Source: an uncultured Oscillospiraceae bacterium
GTDB lineage: Bacteria; Bacillota; Clostridia; Oscillospirales; Oscillospiraceae
Assembly (NCBI GenBank): GCA_963557675.1
Contig: CAUWEI010000028.1
Span: forward strand, 1-44,990
Length of the DNA: 44,990 nt
Direction: 5' to 3'
Shown here one piece after another: positions 36,122 to 44,990 of this stretch. The notes beneath the pieces are model-generated. The model did no database searches. It had not been told where the DNA came from and saw nothing but the letters and a program-made list of their open reading frames with translations. A program made the translations under genes and the position numbers. Numbering within the stretch: position 1 is the stretch's first letter; each line of letters opens with the position of its first letter.

Positions 36122-37390
36122 ATGTATCAGCCTTTGGCGGACCTGATTCGCCCCAAGACGCTGGATGATGTAGTGGGACAGGAGCATATTCTGGGCCAGG
36201 GGGCCGTGCTTCGGCGGCTTATCGACTCCGGCAATATCCCCAACCTCATTTTCTATGGACCCTCTGGAACCGGTAAAACCACCGTGGCCAATATCATCGC
36301 AGAAAAGACCCACAGAAAGCTGTGCCGTCTCAATGCGACTACGGCTTCTACCGCAGATATTAAAGAAATTGCATCCCAACTGGACACCTTTTTAGCACCC
36401 AATGGAATCCTTTTATACTTGGATGAGATTCAGTCTTTTAATAAAAAACAGCAGCAGGTTCTGCTGGAACACATCGAAAACGGTAAAATTACGCTAATTG
36501 CTTCCACAACCGAAAATCCGTATTTTTATGTTTTTAACGCCATTTTGAGCCGTTCTACCATCTTTGAGTTCAAGCAGCTTACGCCACAGGCCGTATCCAA
36601 GGCCATGGACCGGGCTGTGGATTTTTTAGCAAAACGCAATGCGGTGGAGGTTACAGCAGAACCCGGCGCACTGGAATATGCGGCAAGTGCCTGCGGGGGA
36701 GATTTGAGAAAGGCTTTGAATGCGGTAGAGGTGCTGTTCTCTGCGGCGGACCCCAGCAAAGCAGAGCTGAATATCACCCTTGCCGATGTGAAGGCTGTGA
36801 CCCAAAGCTCTTCCATGCGCTATGACCGGGATGGAGATAACCACTATGATCTTCTTTCTGCACTGCAAAAATCCATCCGTGGCTCAGACCCGGATGGTGC
36901 CTGCCACTATCTGGCACGGCTATTGGAGGCAGGGGACATGATTTCAGCCTGCCGCCGTCTTATGGTCATTGCGGCAGAGGATGTGGGCCTTGCCTATCCT
37001 CAAATTCTGCCCATTGTGAAATCCTGTGTGGATATGGCCCATATGCTGGGTATGCCGGAGGCTCGGATTCCGCTGGCGGATGCGGCCATTTTGATGGCAA
37101 CCGCTCCAAAGTCCAATTCTGGCTATATGGCCATAGGCTCCGCACTGGAAGATGTGCGAAAGGGCAAGGGCGGCACATTCCCCCGTCATTTGCAGAATAT
37201 GCACGCCGACAGCTACACCATGGAGCGGGAACAGGGATACTTATATCCCCACGATTTCCCGAATCACTGGGTCAAGCAGCAATATCTGCCGGATGACCTG
37301 GTGGGTACGACCTATTATACCTATGGCCCAAACAAGATGGAGCAGGCGGCAAAGGCCTATTGGGAGCAGGTCAAAGGTCAAACACCGTAG
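36122..37390 (+). CDS. rarA: Replication-associated recombination protein A (RarA/MgsA)
   Basis: PLAD.IRPKTL, GPSGTGKTT, DEI, TTENP, SALQKSIRGSDPD, EDVGLA and YPHD. Confidence 0.94.
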   Translation: MYQPLADLIRPKTLDDVVGQEHILGQGAVLRRLIDSGNIPNLIFYGPSGTGKTTVANIIAEKTHRKLCRLNATTASTADIKEIASQLDTFLAPNGILLYLDEIQSFNKKQQQVLLEHIENGKITLIASTTENPYFYVFNAILSRSTIFEFKQLTPQAVSKAMDRAVDFLAKRNAVEVTAEPGALEYAASACGGDLRKALNAVEVLFSAADPSKAELNITLADVKAVTQSSSMRYDRDGDNHYDLLSALQKSIRGSDPDGACHYLARLLEAGDMISACRRLMVIAAEDVGLAYPQILPIVKSCVDMAHMLGMPEARIPLADAAILMATAPKSNSGYMAIGSALEDVRKGKGGTFPRHLQNMHADSYTMEREQGYLYPHDFPNHWVKQQYLPDDLVGTTYYTYGPNKMEQAAKAYWEQVKGQTP

Positions 37391-38258
37391 GTGCGGCGGC
37401 ATTGTTATAACGCCAACTGTCTAAATGCCCTCCTGTGCGGTAGTAGCGTAGAGGTGTTTTTGGCAGGGTAGGCAGTTTTTCTAGAACGCTGAGCTTGATT
37501 TTCTGATTTTGCGCCTGAATGGAACGAATGTACACGCTGACCGCCTGCCCGGGCTCTAAATCCTGTCCCGGCTCCGCAAGGCCGGAAAGATTGGGAGTCA
37601 GCTCAATAAAGGTGCCATAGGGCCGCACACTGCGGACAATTCCGGTAACGGTTTGCCCCGGTCGGAAAAGCTGTGCATTTTCTTCCCAGGTACCCAGAAG
37701 CTCCCGATGCGTCAGAGTAATCTGTCCGGCTTCCGGGTCCTTTTCCCAGATAACCACATATAGCTGCTGCCCTGGGGAAAATCGCTGGCTGCAATGGCTG
37801 ATTCGGGAAATCGAACAGCGTTCAATAGGGAGCAGTGCAGTGAAACCACAGCCAATGTCACAGAAGACCCCAAAGCTGGCCACATTTTGTACGACAGCAG
37901 GCAGAATCTGTCCGGTGGGAACGGACTCCATGAGATAATCCCGGGCCTCTTCCTGAGCACTGCGGCGGCTCAACAGGGCGGTTCCCTCTGAGGTGAAGCC
38001 CAGCACCTGAAAACAAAGAGGTTTTCCCACTCTGGACAGAATTGCAATTTCCCTTGCTTTTCCCTGAGCGATGCCCAGGGCGGTTTCCTCACGGGGGATT
38101 ACCCCACGCAGAGAACCAAGATCTACAATCAAATTGTGATACTCGTCACATTTCATGCACATGGCCTGAAAGATTTCCCCAGTGCCTGCGGCTTTTCGCA
38201 GGGCCTCCGGGGATGGCAGTACGGTGGGGTAAAGCCCCTCCGGCGGATGGTGTGACAT
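37371..38258 (-). CDS. Multi-S1-domain RNA-binding protein (ribosomal S1-like paralogue)
   Basis: Three S1-like repeats (FGVFCDIG, YGTFIEL.PNLSGL, LSRR..Q), 295 aa. Its 3' end overlaps the end of rarA. Confidence 0.8.
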   Translation of the reverse strand: MSHHPPEGLYPTVLPSPEALRKAAGTGEIFQAMCMKCDEYHNLIVDLGSLRGVIPREETALGIAQGKAREIAILSRVGKPLCFQVLGFTSEGTALLSRRSAQEEARDYLMESVPTGQILPAVVQNVASFGVFCDIGCGFTALLPIERCSISRISHCSQRFSPGQQLYVVIWEKDPEAGQITLTHRELLGTWEENAQLFRPGQTVTGIVRSVRPYGTFIELTPNLSGLAEPGQDLEPGQAVSVYIRSIQAQNQKIKLSVLEKLPTLPKTPLRYYRTGGHLDSWRYNNAAAPTVFDL

Positions 38259-38289
38259 AATAATCCCTCGCTTTCCACGGTCTTATGGT

Positions 38290-38318
38290 ATCCTATGACC
38301 GGAAGAGAGCAGGTATAC
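38290..38318 (-). promoter_or_regulatory. Putative sigmaE-type sporulation promoter of the S1-domain gene
   Basis: Minus strand GTATA-16 nt-CATAGGAT. Confidence 0.5.
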
Positions 38319-38334
38319 CGGAAGGAGAAAGAAC

Positions 38335-38532
38335 ATGGACATTCATCTGGGGGACGTGTTACAAATGAAAAAGGCCCACCCCTGTGGAGAAAGCCGCTGG
38401 ACGGTTCTCCGGATCGGGGCGGACTTCCGTCTCAAATGTCAGGGCTGCGGCCATGAGGTGATGATTACCCGGCAGAAGGCGGAAAAAAATCTTCGTGCGG
38501 TTTACCGAAACGGAGAAAAAGTAGCCCCTTAA
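38335..38532 (+). CDS. DUF951-family small protein
   Basis: GDVLQMKKAHPCG..W.VLRIGADFRLKC.GCGHEVM. Confidence 0.88.
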   Translation: MDIHLGDVLQMKKAHPCGESRWTVLRIGADFRLKCQGCGHEVMITRQKAEKNLRAVYRNGEKVAP

Positions 38533-38723
38533 AAATCCTTCGACGATTCTGGGGGCACCTTCCTTTCCTTCGCCCTGTGGGGAGGTTTGGATGCTGTTGG
38601 CAGGAGGGCTATTTTGTGTGACAAGCCCAGATTCTGAGAAAAGACGGTTGCAGTTCCCTGTGGGAATTGCGACCGCTTTTTTATTGCCCTCAGGGTATAC
38701 TGACAGGGAAGGGAGGCTTGCCT

Positions 38724-39509
38724 ATGCGGGTATATCTGGACTTGGTGATTTTGCTGAACTTTGCGGTGAATTATGGCCTTCTGGGGGCTGCGGCTCGTCT
38801 GACCGGAGTCCATCCCGGCCCCTGGCGGCTGGGATTGGGGGCCGGAGTCGGGGCGGCCTATGCAGGACTGTGTGTGCTGCCGGGATTGACGTTCCTGGCA
38901 GGAAATCTATGGAAGGTGGTGTTTCTGGGGCTTATGGTAATTGCCACCTTTGGAGTTGGGTGGCAGCAGTTGCGGCAGGGAGTCGTGGTTTTGGGTCTCA
39001 GTCTTGCCATGGGTGGAGCATTGTTGTGTTTGGGTTTGGGTGGTGTCTGGTGCATTTTATTGGGAGTGCTGGCGACATTTCTTGTGGTGGTACTCTTTTG
39101 CTCCGGTGCTATGACACATGCAGGGCAACTGGTTCCTGTGACAATTTCTCTGAGAGGAAAGCAGGTTGCGCTTACGGCACTGCGAGACTCTGGCAATACC
39201 TTAAAAGACCCCTTCAGCGGAAGAAGCGTATTGGTGGCTCAGGCCGATGCAGCGTCACGACTTCTGTCGGTGGAGGAAGGAGCTTTGAAGGACCCGGCAG
39301 GAGCCATGGAACGACTGCTGGCCCTTGGACATCGGTGCAGGCTCATTCCCTATCGAGTTCTGGGAGGGGAGGGAATGTTGCTGGCGGTGCAGTGTGACCG
39401 GGTAACGGTAGACGGAAAGGGTGCGGCTCCCATGGTGGCCTTTGCACCCGGTCAGTTATCTCCCCAAAATACATATCAGGCTTTGACAGGAGGAGGACAA
39501 TATGAATAA
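38724..39509 (+). CDS. spoIIGA: Pro-sigmaE processing aspartic protease SpoIIGA
   Basis: [12 protein letters not shown]-terminus, multiple TM helices, catalytic DSGN.LKDP and RLIPYR. It overlaps the start of sigE. Confidence 0.9.
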   Translation: MRVYLDLVILLNFAVNYGLLGAAARLTGVHPGPWRLGLGAGVGAAYAGLCVLPGLTFLAGNLWKVVFLGLMVIATFGVGWQQLRQGVVVLGLSLAMGGALLCLGLGGVWCILLGVLATFLVVVLFCSGAMTHAGQLVPVTISLRGKQVALTALRDSGNTLKDPFSGRSVLVAQADAASRLLSVEEGALKDPAGAMERLLALGHRCRLIPYRVLGGEGMLLAVQCDRVTVDGKGAAPMVAFAPGQLSPQNTYQALTGGGQYE

Positions 39510-40206
39510 TTGGATTAAGCTTTTATTGCGGCACCTGGGACTTTTGGAACCGGAAAGCGTTTATTACATAGGCGGTACGGACGTTCTTCCTCCCCCGTTG
39601 AAGCCGGAGGAAGAAAGCGAGACACTGGAGCTGTTAGAGCAGGGGGATGCAGGAGCCAAAAGTCGGCTGATTGAACGGAATTTACGGTTGGTGGTTTACA
39701 TTGCAAGGCGATTTGAAAATACGGGGGTGAATATTGAGGATTTGATTTCCATTGGCACCATTGGTCTGATTAAGGCGGTGGGAACCTACAGGCGGGATAA
39801 GAACATCAAGCTTGCTACTTACGCCTCCCGGTGCATTGAAAATGAAATTCTCATGCACATCCGGAAGATTGCCAATCAAAAGACAGAAATTTCTCTGGAT
39901 GAACCCATCAACACGGACTGGGACGGAAACGAATTGCTGCTGTCGGATGTGTTGGGAACGGACAGTGACCTTATCATGCGACCGCTGGAGGATGAGGTGG
40001 ACCATCAACTTTTGCATGATGCCCTTTCCAAACTGCCGGAGCGGGAAAAGAACATCATGGTATTGCGTTATGGTCTACAGGGAAAAAAGGAGCGGACCCA
40101 GAAGGAAGTGGCCGACCTTATGGGGATTTCTCAATCCTATATTTCCCGGCTGGAAAAGCGAATCATGGGCCGATTGCGCCAGGAAATCCTGAAACAGACC
40201 TCCTGA
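39502..40206 (+). CDS. sigE: Sporulation sigma factor pro-sigmaE
   Basis: Short pro-peptide, then [37 protein letters not shown] and [12 protein letters not shown]. Confidence 0.96.
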   Translation: MNNWIKLLLRHLGLLEPESVYYIGGTDVLPPPLKPEEESETLELLEQGDAGAKSRLIERNLRLVVYIARRFENTGVNIEDLISIGTIGLIKAVGTYRRDKNIKLATYASRCIENEILMHIRKIANQKTEISLDEPINTDWDGNELLLSDVLGTDSDLIMRPLEDEVDHQLLHDALSKLPEREKNIMVLRYGLQGKKERTQKEVADLMGISQSYISRLEKRIMGRLRQEILKQTS

Positions 40207-40240
40207 TTTTCGATGTTGCGGAAGTTATGAAGGAAAGACA

Positions 40241-40269
40241 TTGCAAAAGCATAAAAATTGTGCTATAAT
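40241..40269 (+). promoter_or_regulatory. SigmaA promoter of rex
   Basis: TTGCAA-17 nt-TATAAT with an extended TG. Confidence 0.75.
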
Positions 40270-40297
40270 AACGAAAAAAGTTGTGGAGAGAAAACGT

Positions 40298-40933
40298 ATG
40301 AAACTCAATGAGATTTCAAAGCCCGTACTGAAACGCCTTCCCAGCTATCTGGCGTATCTAAAGGCTCTGCCGGAAGACGGCCCTGCTAATATTTCTGCTA
40401 CCGCCTTGGCCGCCGCCCTTAATATGGGTGAGGTGCAGGTTCGTAAGGATCTGGCACTGGTTTCGGATGGAGGACGTCCCAAGGTGGGGTATCTGCGTGA
40501 GAGTCTCATTGCAGATTTGGAGCAGTTTTTGGGCTATGACAACACTACCGAGGCCGTTTTGATCGGTGCAGGTAAGCTGGGACAGGCTTTGCTTGGCTAC
40601 AGTGGTTTTGATGAATATGGTTTGGAGATTGTGGCAGCTTTTGATGCCAATGAAGAGTTGGACGGGAAAACGGAATCCGGAAAGCCCATTTATTCCATTT
40701 CTCGTTTGCCGGAGTTCTGCAAGGAGCGAAAGGTGCTTATGGGCATCATTACAGTGCCTGCTGCTGCGGCACAGGAGGTCTGTGACCTGCTGATTGCCAA
40801 TGGAATCAAGGCAGTGTGGACCTTTGCGCCTACCCATTTGGACGTACCGCCTCAGATTCTGGTGCAGTATGAGAATATGGCAACTTCTCTTGCGGTTCTG
40901 TCTATGCATTTGTCTGCACAGATGCGTGGTTAA
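40298..40933 (+). CDS. rex: Redox-sensing repressor Rex
   Basis: RLPSY, QVRKDL, G.PKVGY, the Rossmann motif GAGKLG.AL, ITVP and FAP. Confidence 0.93.
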   Translation: MKLNEISKPVLKRLPSYLAYLKALPEDGPANISATALAAALNMGEVQVRKDLALVSDGGRPKVGYLRESLIADLEQFLGYDNTTEAVLIGAGKLGQALLGYSGFDEYGLEIVAAFDANEELDGKTESGKPIYSISRLPEFCKERKVLMGIITVPAAAAQEVCDLLIANGIKAVWTFAPTHLDVPPQILVQYENMATSLAVLSMHLSAQMRG

Positions 40934-40957
40934 AAGTTGAATAATTGTGGTAAGATT

Positions 40958-40993
40958 GCACTGCGGATCCGTTGATTCGCAGTGCTTTTTCTT
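40958..40993 (+). terminator. Intrinsic terminator after rex
   Basis: GCACTGCGGATC-CGTT-GATTCGCAGTGC-TTTTT. Confidence 0.8.
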
Positions 40994-41223
40994 GTGCAAA
41001 ATTATGAAAAAATTGTGAATTAGGAAAACCAATTTTGAAAAATGTTCTTGCTGCAAGCACATTGGCAAGAAAAAACTGTTGCATTTGTTGAAGGAATGGA
41101 AGAACAAACGGTGGTAATTTGTCCTATTTGTAGGAAATGAAAAAAAGTGTTGTTTCTGGTCGGAAAATGATGTAAAATAATACGGATGGTTAAGAAAACA
41201 TACTCTATCTGGAGGTTACTAAT

Positions 41224-42789
41224 ATGAAAAAACCCATTGTTTTGGTAATTATGGATGGTGTTGGCCGTGGCGACGGCGGTGCCGGCGATGCGGTTAAGAT
41301 CGCTAAGACTCCTACTTTGGATCATCTGCTGGAAACCTGCCCCCATACCTGGCTGAAGGCCCATGGTACTGCGGTCGGTCTGCCCTCCGATGATGATATG
41401 GGTAACTCTGAGGTTGGCCACAATGCTCTTGGCTGCGGTCAGGTTTATTCCCAGGGTGCCAAGCTGGTAGAAGAGTCCATCGAGTCCGGCAAGCTGTTTG
41501 CTTCCGCTACCTGGACCAGCCTGGTTTCCAACTGCCAGGAAAACGGCAAGGCTATGCACTTCCTGGGCCTGCTGTCCGACGGCAATGTGCATTCTAACAT
41601 TTCTCACCTCTTTGCAATGCTGAAGCAGGCAAAGGCCGCCGGCCTCAAGAAGGTCTACTGCCACATCCTGCTGGATGGCCGTGATGTGCCTGCTACTTCC
41701 GCTCTGGAGTATGTGGCACAGCTGGAAGAGGTTCTGTCCTCCCTGCGGGAAGAGGGCTTTGATTACGCTATCGCTTCCGGCGGTGGCCGTATGGCAATCA
41801 CCATGGACCGCTACGAGGCCAACTGGAGCATGGTTGAGGCTGGTTGGCGCACCCATGTCCAGGGTCAGGGCCGTCAGTTCGCTTCTGCACAGGAGGCCAT
41901 TGAGACCTACCGTGCGGAGACCGGCTGCATCGATCAGGACCTGCCTGCCTTTGTGGTGGCAAGAAACGGCGAGCCTGTGGCAAAGATTGCAAACGGCGAC
42001 AGCGTGATTCTCTTCAACTTCCGTGGCGACCGTGCCCAGGAAATTTCTCTGGCTTTCGATCGTGCCGACTTTGATAAGTTCGACCGTGGCGACTATACCG
42101 GTGTGAAGTTTGCCGGTATGCTGGAGTACGACGGCGACCTGAAGATTCCTCAGAACTATCTGGTGCAGCCTCCTGTGATTCGCAACACCCTGACAGAAGT
42201 CCTGTGCGCCCATGATGTTCGGGAGTACGCTGTGTCCGAGACACAGAAGTATGGCCATGTGACCTATTTCTGGAACGGTAACCGCTCCGGCAAGGTAGAC
42301 GAGGCTCTGGAAGATTATGAGGAAATCCCCTCTGACGTGATTCCTTTCGAGCAGGCTCCTGCTATGAAGTCTCGTGAAATCACCGATGCTATGGTGAAGG
42401 CTATGGCTTCCAAGAAGTACGATTTCCTGCGCTGCAACTTCCCCAACGGCGATATGGTGGGTCATACCGGCGTTATGGATGCGGTGGTTACCGCTATGGA
42501 GTGCGTGGACAATGGCCTGAAGGAGATTCTGGAGGCTGCCGACCAGTATGGCTATGCTGTTCTGGTAACTGCGGACCACGGCAACGCCGATCAGATGACC
42601 GAGACCAAGAAGGGCAAGACCTCTGTCCGTACTGCACATAGCCTGAACCCTGTGCCTTTCATCATTTACGACAAGGACAATGCTTACACCCTGAAGGAAG
42701 GCAACTTCGGCCTGGCTAATGTTGCCCCCACTGTGGTGAAGATGATGGACATTATGGCTCCTCAGTGCTGGGAAGAGTCTATGATCTGA
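41224..42789 (+). CDS. gpmI: 2,3-bisphosphoglycerate-independent phosphoglycerate mutase
   Basis: IMDG, MGNSEVGH, SDGNVHS, DGRD, NFRGDRA, ETQKYGHVT, DMVGHTG and TADHGN. Confidence 0.97.
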   Translation: MKKPIVLVIMDGVGRGDGGAGDAVKIAKTPTLDHLLETCPHTWLKAHGTAVGLPSDDDMGNSEVGHNALGCGQVYSQGAKLVEESIESGKLFASATWTSLVSNCQENGKAMHFLGLLSDGNVHSNISHLFAMLKQAKAAGLKKVYCHILLDGRDVPATSALEYVAQLEEVLSSLREEGFDYAIASGGGRMAITMDRYEANWSMVEAGWRTHVQGQGRQFASAQEAIETYRAETGCIDQDLPAFVVARNGEPVAKIANGDSVILFNFRGDRAQEISLAFDRADFDKFDRGDYTGVKFAGMLEYDGDLKIPQNYLVQPPVIRNTLTEVLCAHDVREYAVSETQKYGHVTYFWNGNRSGKVDEALEDYEEIPSDVIPFEQAPAMKSREITDAMVKAMASKKYDFLRCNFPNGDMVGHTGVMDAVVTAMECVDNGLKEILEAADQYGYAVLVTADHGNADQMTETKKGKTSVRTAHSLNPVPFIIYDKDNAYTLKEGNFGLANVAPTVVKMMDIMAPQCWEESMI

Positions 42790-42794
42790 TTTTC

Positions 42795-42827
42795 AATGCT
42801 GTGGCAAAGCTGCTTTGCCACAGCATT
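42795..42827 (+). terminator. Strong hairpin after gpmI (terminator-like, weak U-tract)
   Basis: AATGCTGTGGCAAAGC-T-GCTTTGCCACAGCATT. Confidence 0.65.
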
Positions 42828-42963
42828 ACAACTTTTCAACGGTTAGAACCTACCCAAACCGATTTTTGCACGGGTTAAAAAATCCCTCTTGTACTTTTGC
42901 TTGAAATCGGGTAAAATAGAGGCACACAATCTGCCGGTTTGATCGGCAAAGGAGGTACTCTTT

Positions 42964-43317
42964 ATGACTTCTCAGAAAACAGATAAGGGAACTGTCGTGA
43001 TCGACAGCAACGTGTATACCAATATTGCCGGCGTGGCAGCTTCCAACTGCTTTGGTGTGAAGGGCATGGCCATGCGCTCCATGAGTGATGGTCTGGTTCA
43101 CCTTCTGCGGAAGGAGTCCATGCGCAAGGGTGTCAAGGTGGAGTTCCATGAGGACAATTCCATCACGATTGAACTGCATATCATGGTAGATCATGGTGTC
43201 AACCTGTCTGCTGTAGGCAGTTCTATTATTTCTGAGGTTCGCTATGTGGTGAGCCAGTGTACCGGTACCGAGGTTCGGGCCGTCAACGTGTTTATTGATT
43301 CCATGATGATTGGGTAA
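42964..43317 (+). CDS. Asp23/Gls24-family protein (YloU-like)
   Basis: AG.AA..CFGVKGM, LL.KE...KGVKV and VNVFI, directly upstream of a DAK2 gene. TTGTAC-17 nt-TAAAAT lies upstream. Confidence 0.9.
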   Translation: MTSQKTDKGTVVIDSNVYTNIAGVAASNCFGVKGMAMRSMSDGLVHLLRKESMRKGVKVEFHEDNSITIELHIMVDHGVNLSAVGSSIISEVRYVVSQCTGTEVRAVNVFIDSMMIG

Positions 43318-43371
43318 GCCCAATCTGTTCACAATGGGCTAGTCCCGATTATTTTGGAGGTGTGATATCTA

Positions 43372-44990
43372 TTGAGGCAGACCATCAACGGGGCCGACCT
43401 TCGCAGACTGATCATCAGCGCGGCCGCCTCTATTGAGATCCATAAGCAACCGATCAACGAATTGAATGTATTTCCTGTGCCCGATGGCGACACCGGCACA
43501 AATATGTCTATGACCATTAACGCTGCTGTGGCAGACCTGAAAAAAGCCGAAGATCCTTCTTTGGAGAAGGCTGCCAACATTGCCGCTTCTGCTATGCTCC
43601 GTGGTGCCCGTGGTAACTCCGGCGTCATTTTGAGCCTGCTGTTCCGTGGTATGTCCAAGGCTATGAAGGGCCATGAGGAGTGCGACGGCGTTCTGTGGGC
43701 CAAGGCCTTGCAGGAAGGCGTAGATGCTGCCTATAAGGCAGTTATGAAGCCTGCCGAAGGCACGATCTTGACGGTGGCCCGTCTGTCTGCTGCCAAGGCA
43801 GTTCATGCAGCACAGGAAAACAACTACTTTGAGTTTGTTCATGAGGCTGCCATTGAAGAGGCAAAGGAAGCCTTGGCCAACACTGTGAACCAGAACCCCG
43901 TCCTCAAGAAGGCTGGCGTTGTGGATGCCGGCGGTAAGGGCTGGCTCTTGGCTCTGGAAGCCATGATGCAGGCCCTCCACGGCGAAGATGTTGTGGTTCC
44001 CGAGGGCTTTGTGGCAGAGAAACCCAAGGAGCAGGCGGATTTCTCCGACTTTAACGAGGAAGACATTACCTTTACCTACTGTACCGAGTTTATCGTCTCC
44101 CGGGAGAGCGATAAGGACCCTGAGGACCTGCGTGCTTTCCTTCATGAGCTGGGCGACAGCCTGGTGCTGGTGGACGACGATGAGATCATTAAGGTTCATG
44201 TCCATACCAATGACCCCGGCATTGCATTGCAGGAGGCTCTGAAATACGGTTCTTTTGTTACCGTAAAGATTGAGAATATGCGTTTGCAGCACACCGAGAA
44301 GGTCATGAGCGAGCAGGAGCTTCAGCCTCAGGTGGCAGCTCCCGAAAAGAAGTTCGGTGTCGTCACGGTCTGTGCTGGTGACGGTATCGCCTCTGTCTTT
44401 AAGGATTTGGGCGTGGATGGCATCATCTCCGGCGGTCAGACCATGAACCCCTCCACGCAGGATATTCTCACTGCGGTGAACAAGGTTCCTGCTGAGGTGG
44501 TCTTTGTGTTCCCCAACAACAAGAACATCATCATGGCTGCCGAGCAGGTAGATCCTCTTACCGAAAAGAAGGTTGTGGTGATCCCCTCCAAGACCGTTCC
44601 TCAGGGCATTACGGCCATGTTGAGCTACGATCCCGAGGGCAGCGAGGAAAGTAATGTAGAGGCTATGACCGAGGCTCTGAGCAGCGTGGAGACCATGCAG
44701 ATCACATATGCTGCCCGGGATGCTGACTTCGATGGCTATGACATCCGTCAGGGTGACTACATGGGCATCTTCGGCAAGTCTCTGTTCTCCACTTCCCGGG
44801 ATATTAACGCTGTGCTTAAGAGCCTGGCCGAGAAGGTTCGGGATTTGGGCAAGGAGTACATCACCATTTTCTATGGTGAGGACATTACGGAGAAGCAGGC
44901 TTCTAAGGCAGCTGACATTTTCAGCGACATTTGCCCCAAGGCAGATGTCAACCTGATTTCCGGTGGTCAGCCTGTGTACTACTACCTGAT
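43372..44990 (+). CDS. fakA: DAK2-domain fatty acid kinase subunit FakA (YloV), 3'-truncated by the window; absent from the ORF track
   Basis: TTG at 43372 follows GGAGGTG. The frame reads MRQTING..INELNVFPVPDGDTGTNM, GARGNSG, VDAGG, YCTEF, KVHVHT and GGQTMNPS, and stays open to the window end. Confidence 0.93.
   Translation, partial: MRQTINGADLRRLIISAAASIEIHKQPINELNVFPVPDGDTGTNMSMTINAAVADLKKAEDPSLEKAANIAASAMLRGARGNSGVILSLLFRGMSKAMKGHEECDGVLWAKALQEGVDAAYKAVMKPAEGTILTVARLSAAKAVHAAQENNYFEFVHEAAIEEAKEALANTVNQNPVLKKAGVVDAGGKGWLLALEAMMQALHGEDVVVPEGFVAEKPKEQADFSDFNEEDITFTYCTEFIVSRESDKDPEDLRAFLHELGDSLVLVDDDEIIKVHVHTNDPGIALQEALKYGSFVTVKIENMRLQHTEKVMSEQELQPQVAAPEKKFGVVTVCAGDGIASVFKDLGVDGIISGGQTMNPSTQDILTAVNKVPAEVVFVFPNNKNIIMAAEQVDPLTEKKVVVIPSKTVPQGITAMLSYDPEGSEESNVEAMTEALSSVETMQITYAARDADFDGYDIRQGDYMGIFGKSLFSTSRDINAVLKSLAEKVRDLGKEYITIFYGEDITEKQASKAADIFSDICPKADVNLISGGQPVYYYL

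Noticed and set aside
38533-38723. Spo0A boxes upstream of spoIIGA (for example TTCGACG at 38539)
   Set aside because: Biologically expected, but only mismatched 7-mers are visible, so I cannot assign them from sequence alone.
38591-39397. 268-aa alternative-frame ORF overlapping spoIIGA
   Set aside because: A Gly-rich by-product of G-rich TM-coding sequence, with no recognisable motifs.
40258-40275. Rex autoregulatory box (TTGTGCTATAATAACGAA)
   Set aside because: The right half does not fit the TTGTGAA-N4-TTCACAA-type palindrome, and the match is mostly the extended -10.
426-40297. Upstream-extended starts in the ORF track (rsmB 426, prkC 3597, csoR 16654, gdpP 19894, tilS 24187, hpt 25517, spoIIGA 38667, rex 40241)
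   Set aside because: The extensions overlap neighbouring genes or promoters. Downstream starts match family N-termini and mostly have clear SD sequences.
42790-42963. Unannotated rpmB (L28) upstream of yloU
   Set aside because: The 174-nt spacer is taken up by a hairpin, a promoter and an RBS, and I see no L28-like frame.
1-44990. CRISPR arrays, tRNA/rRNA genes, known riboswitches, prophage or defence genes
   Set aside because: None recognised. Intergenic spacers are all under about 300 nt and show no regularly spaced repeats or cloverleaf signatures. An Rfam or tRNAscan run would be needed to exclude them formally.

Overview
A 45-kb stretch of core chromosome from a spore-forming Firmicute. 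Gene content suggests Clostridia, probably Oscillospiraceae-like (inference). Left to right: the fmt-rsmB-rlmN-prpC-prkC-rsgA cluster; a thioredoxin module (two trx, trxB, Crp/Fnr regulator); YdcF and two peptidases; a metal-homeostasis block (ArsR-HMA-CadA, ZIP, CsoR-CopA); gdpP-rplI-DUF1292-dnaB-tilS-hpt-ftsH; DegV; DNA-repair genes (radC, uvrA, nth, rarA) with an orphan histidine-kinase-like gene among them; an S1-domain gene; spoIIGA-sigE; rex; gpmI; and yloU-fakA, which is cut by the window end. I found no rRNA, tRNA, CRISPR array, transposase or integrase. The five most interesting signals are: (1) a strong in-frame Shine-Dalgarno plus ATG inside copA that could yield a nested CopZ-like chaperone; (2) a GTGA-N5-TCAC box at identical class-II activator spacing before both thioredoxin genes flanking the Crp/Fnr gene; (3) an orphan HisKA protein with Gln in place of the phospho-accepting His; (4) a sigmaE-type promoter on the S1-domain gene near spoIIGA-sigE; (5) a three-hairpin GC-rich element before dnaB. 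All calls come from reading the sequence; no database searches were run.
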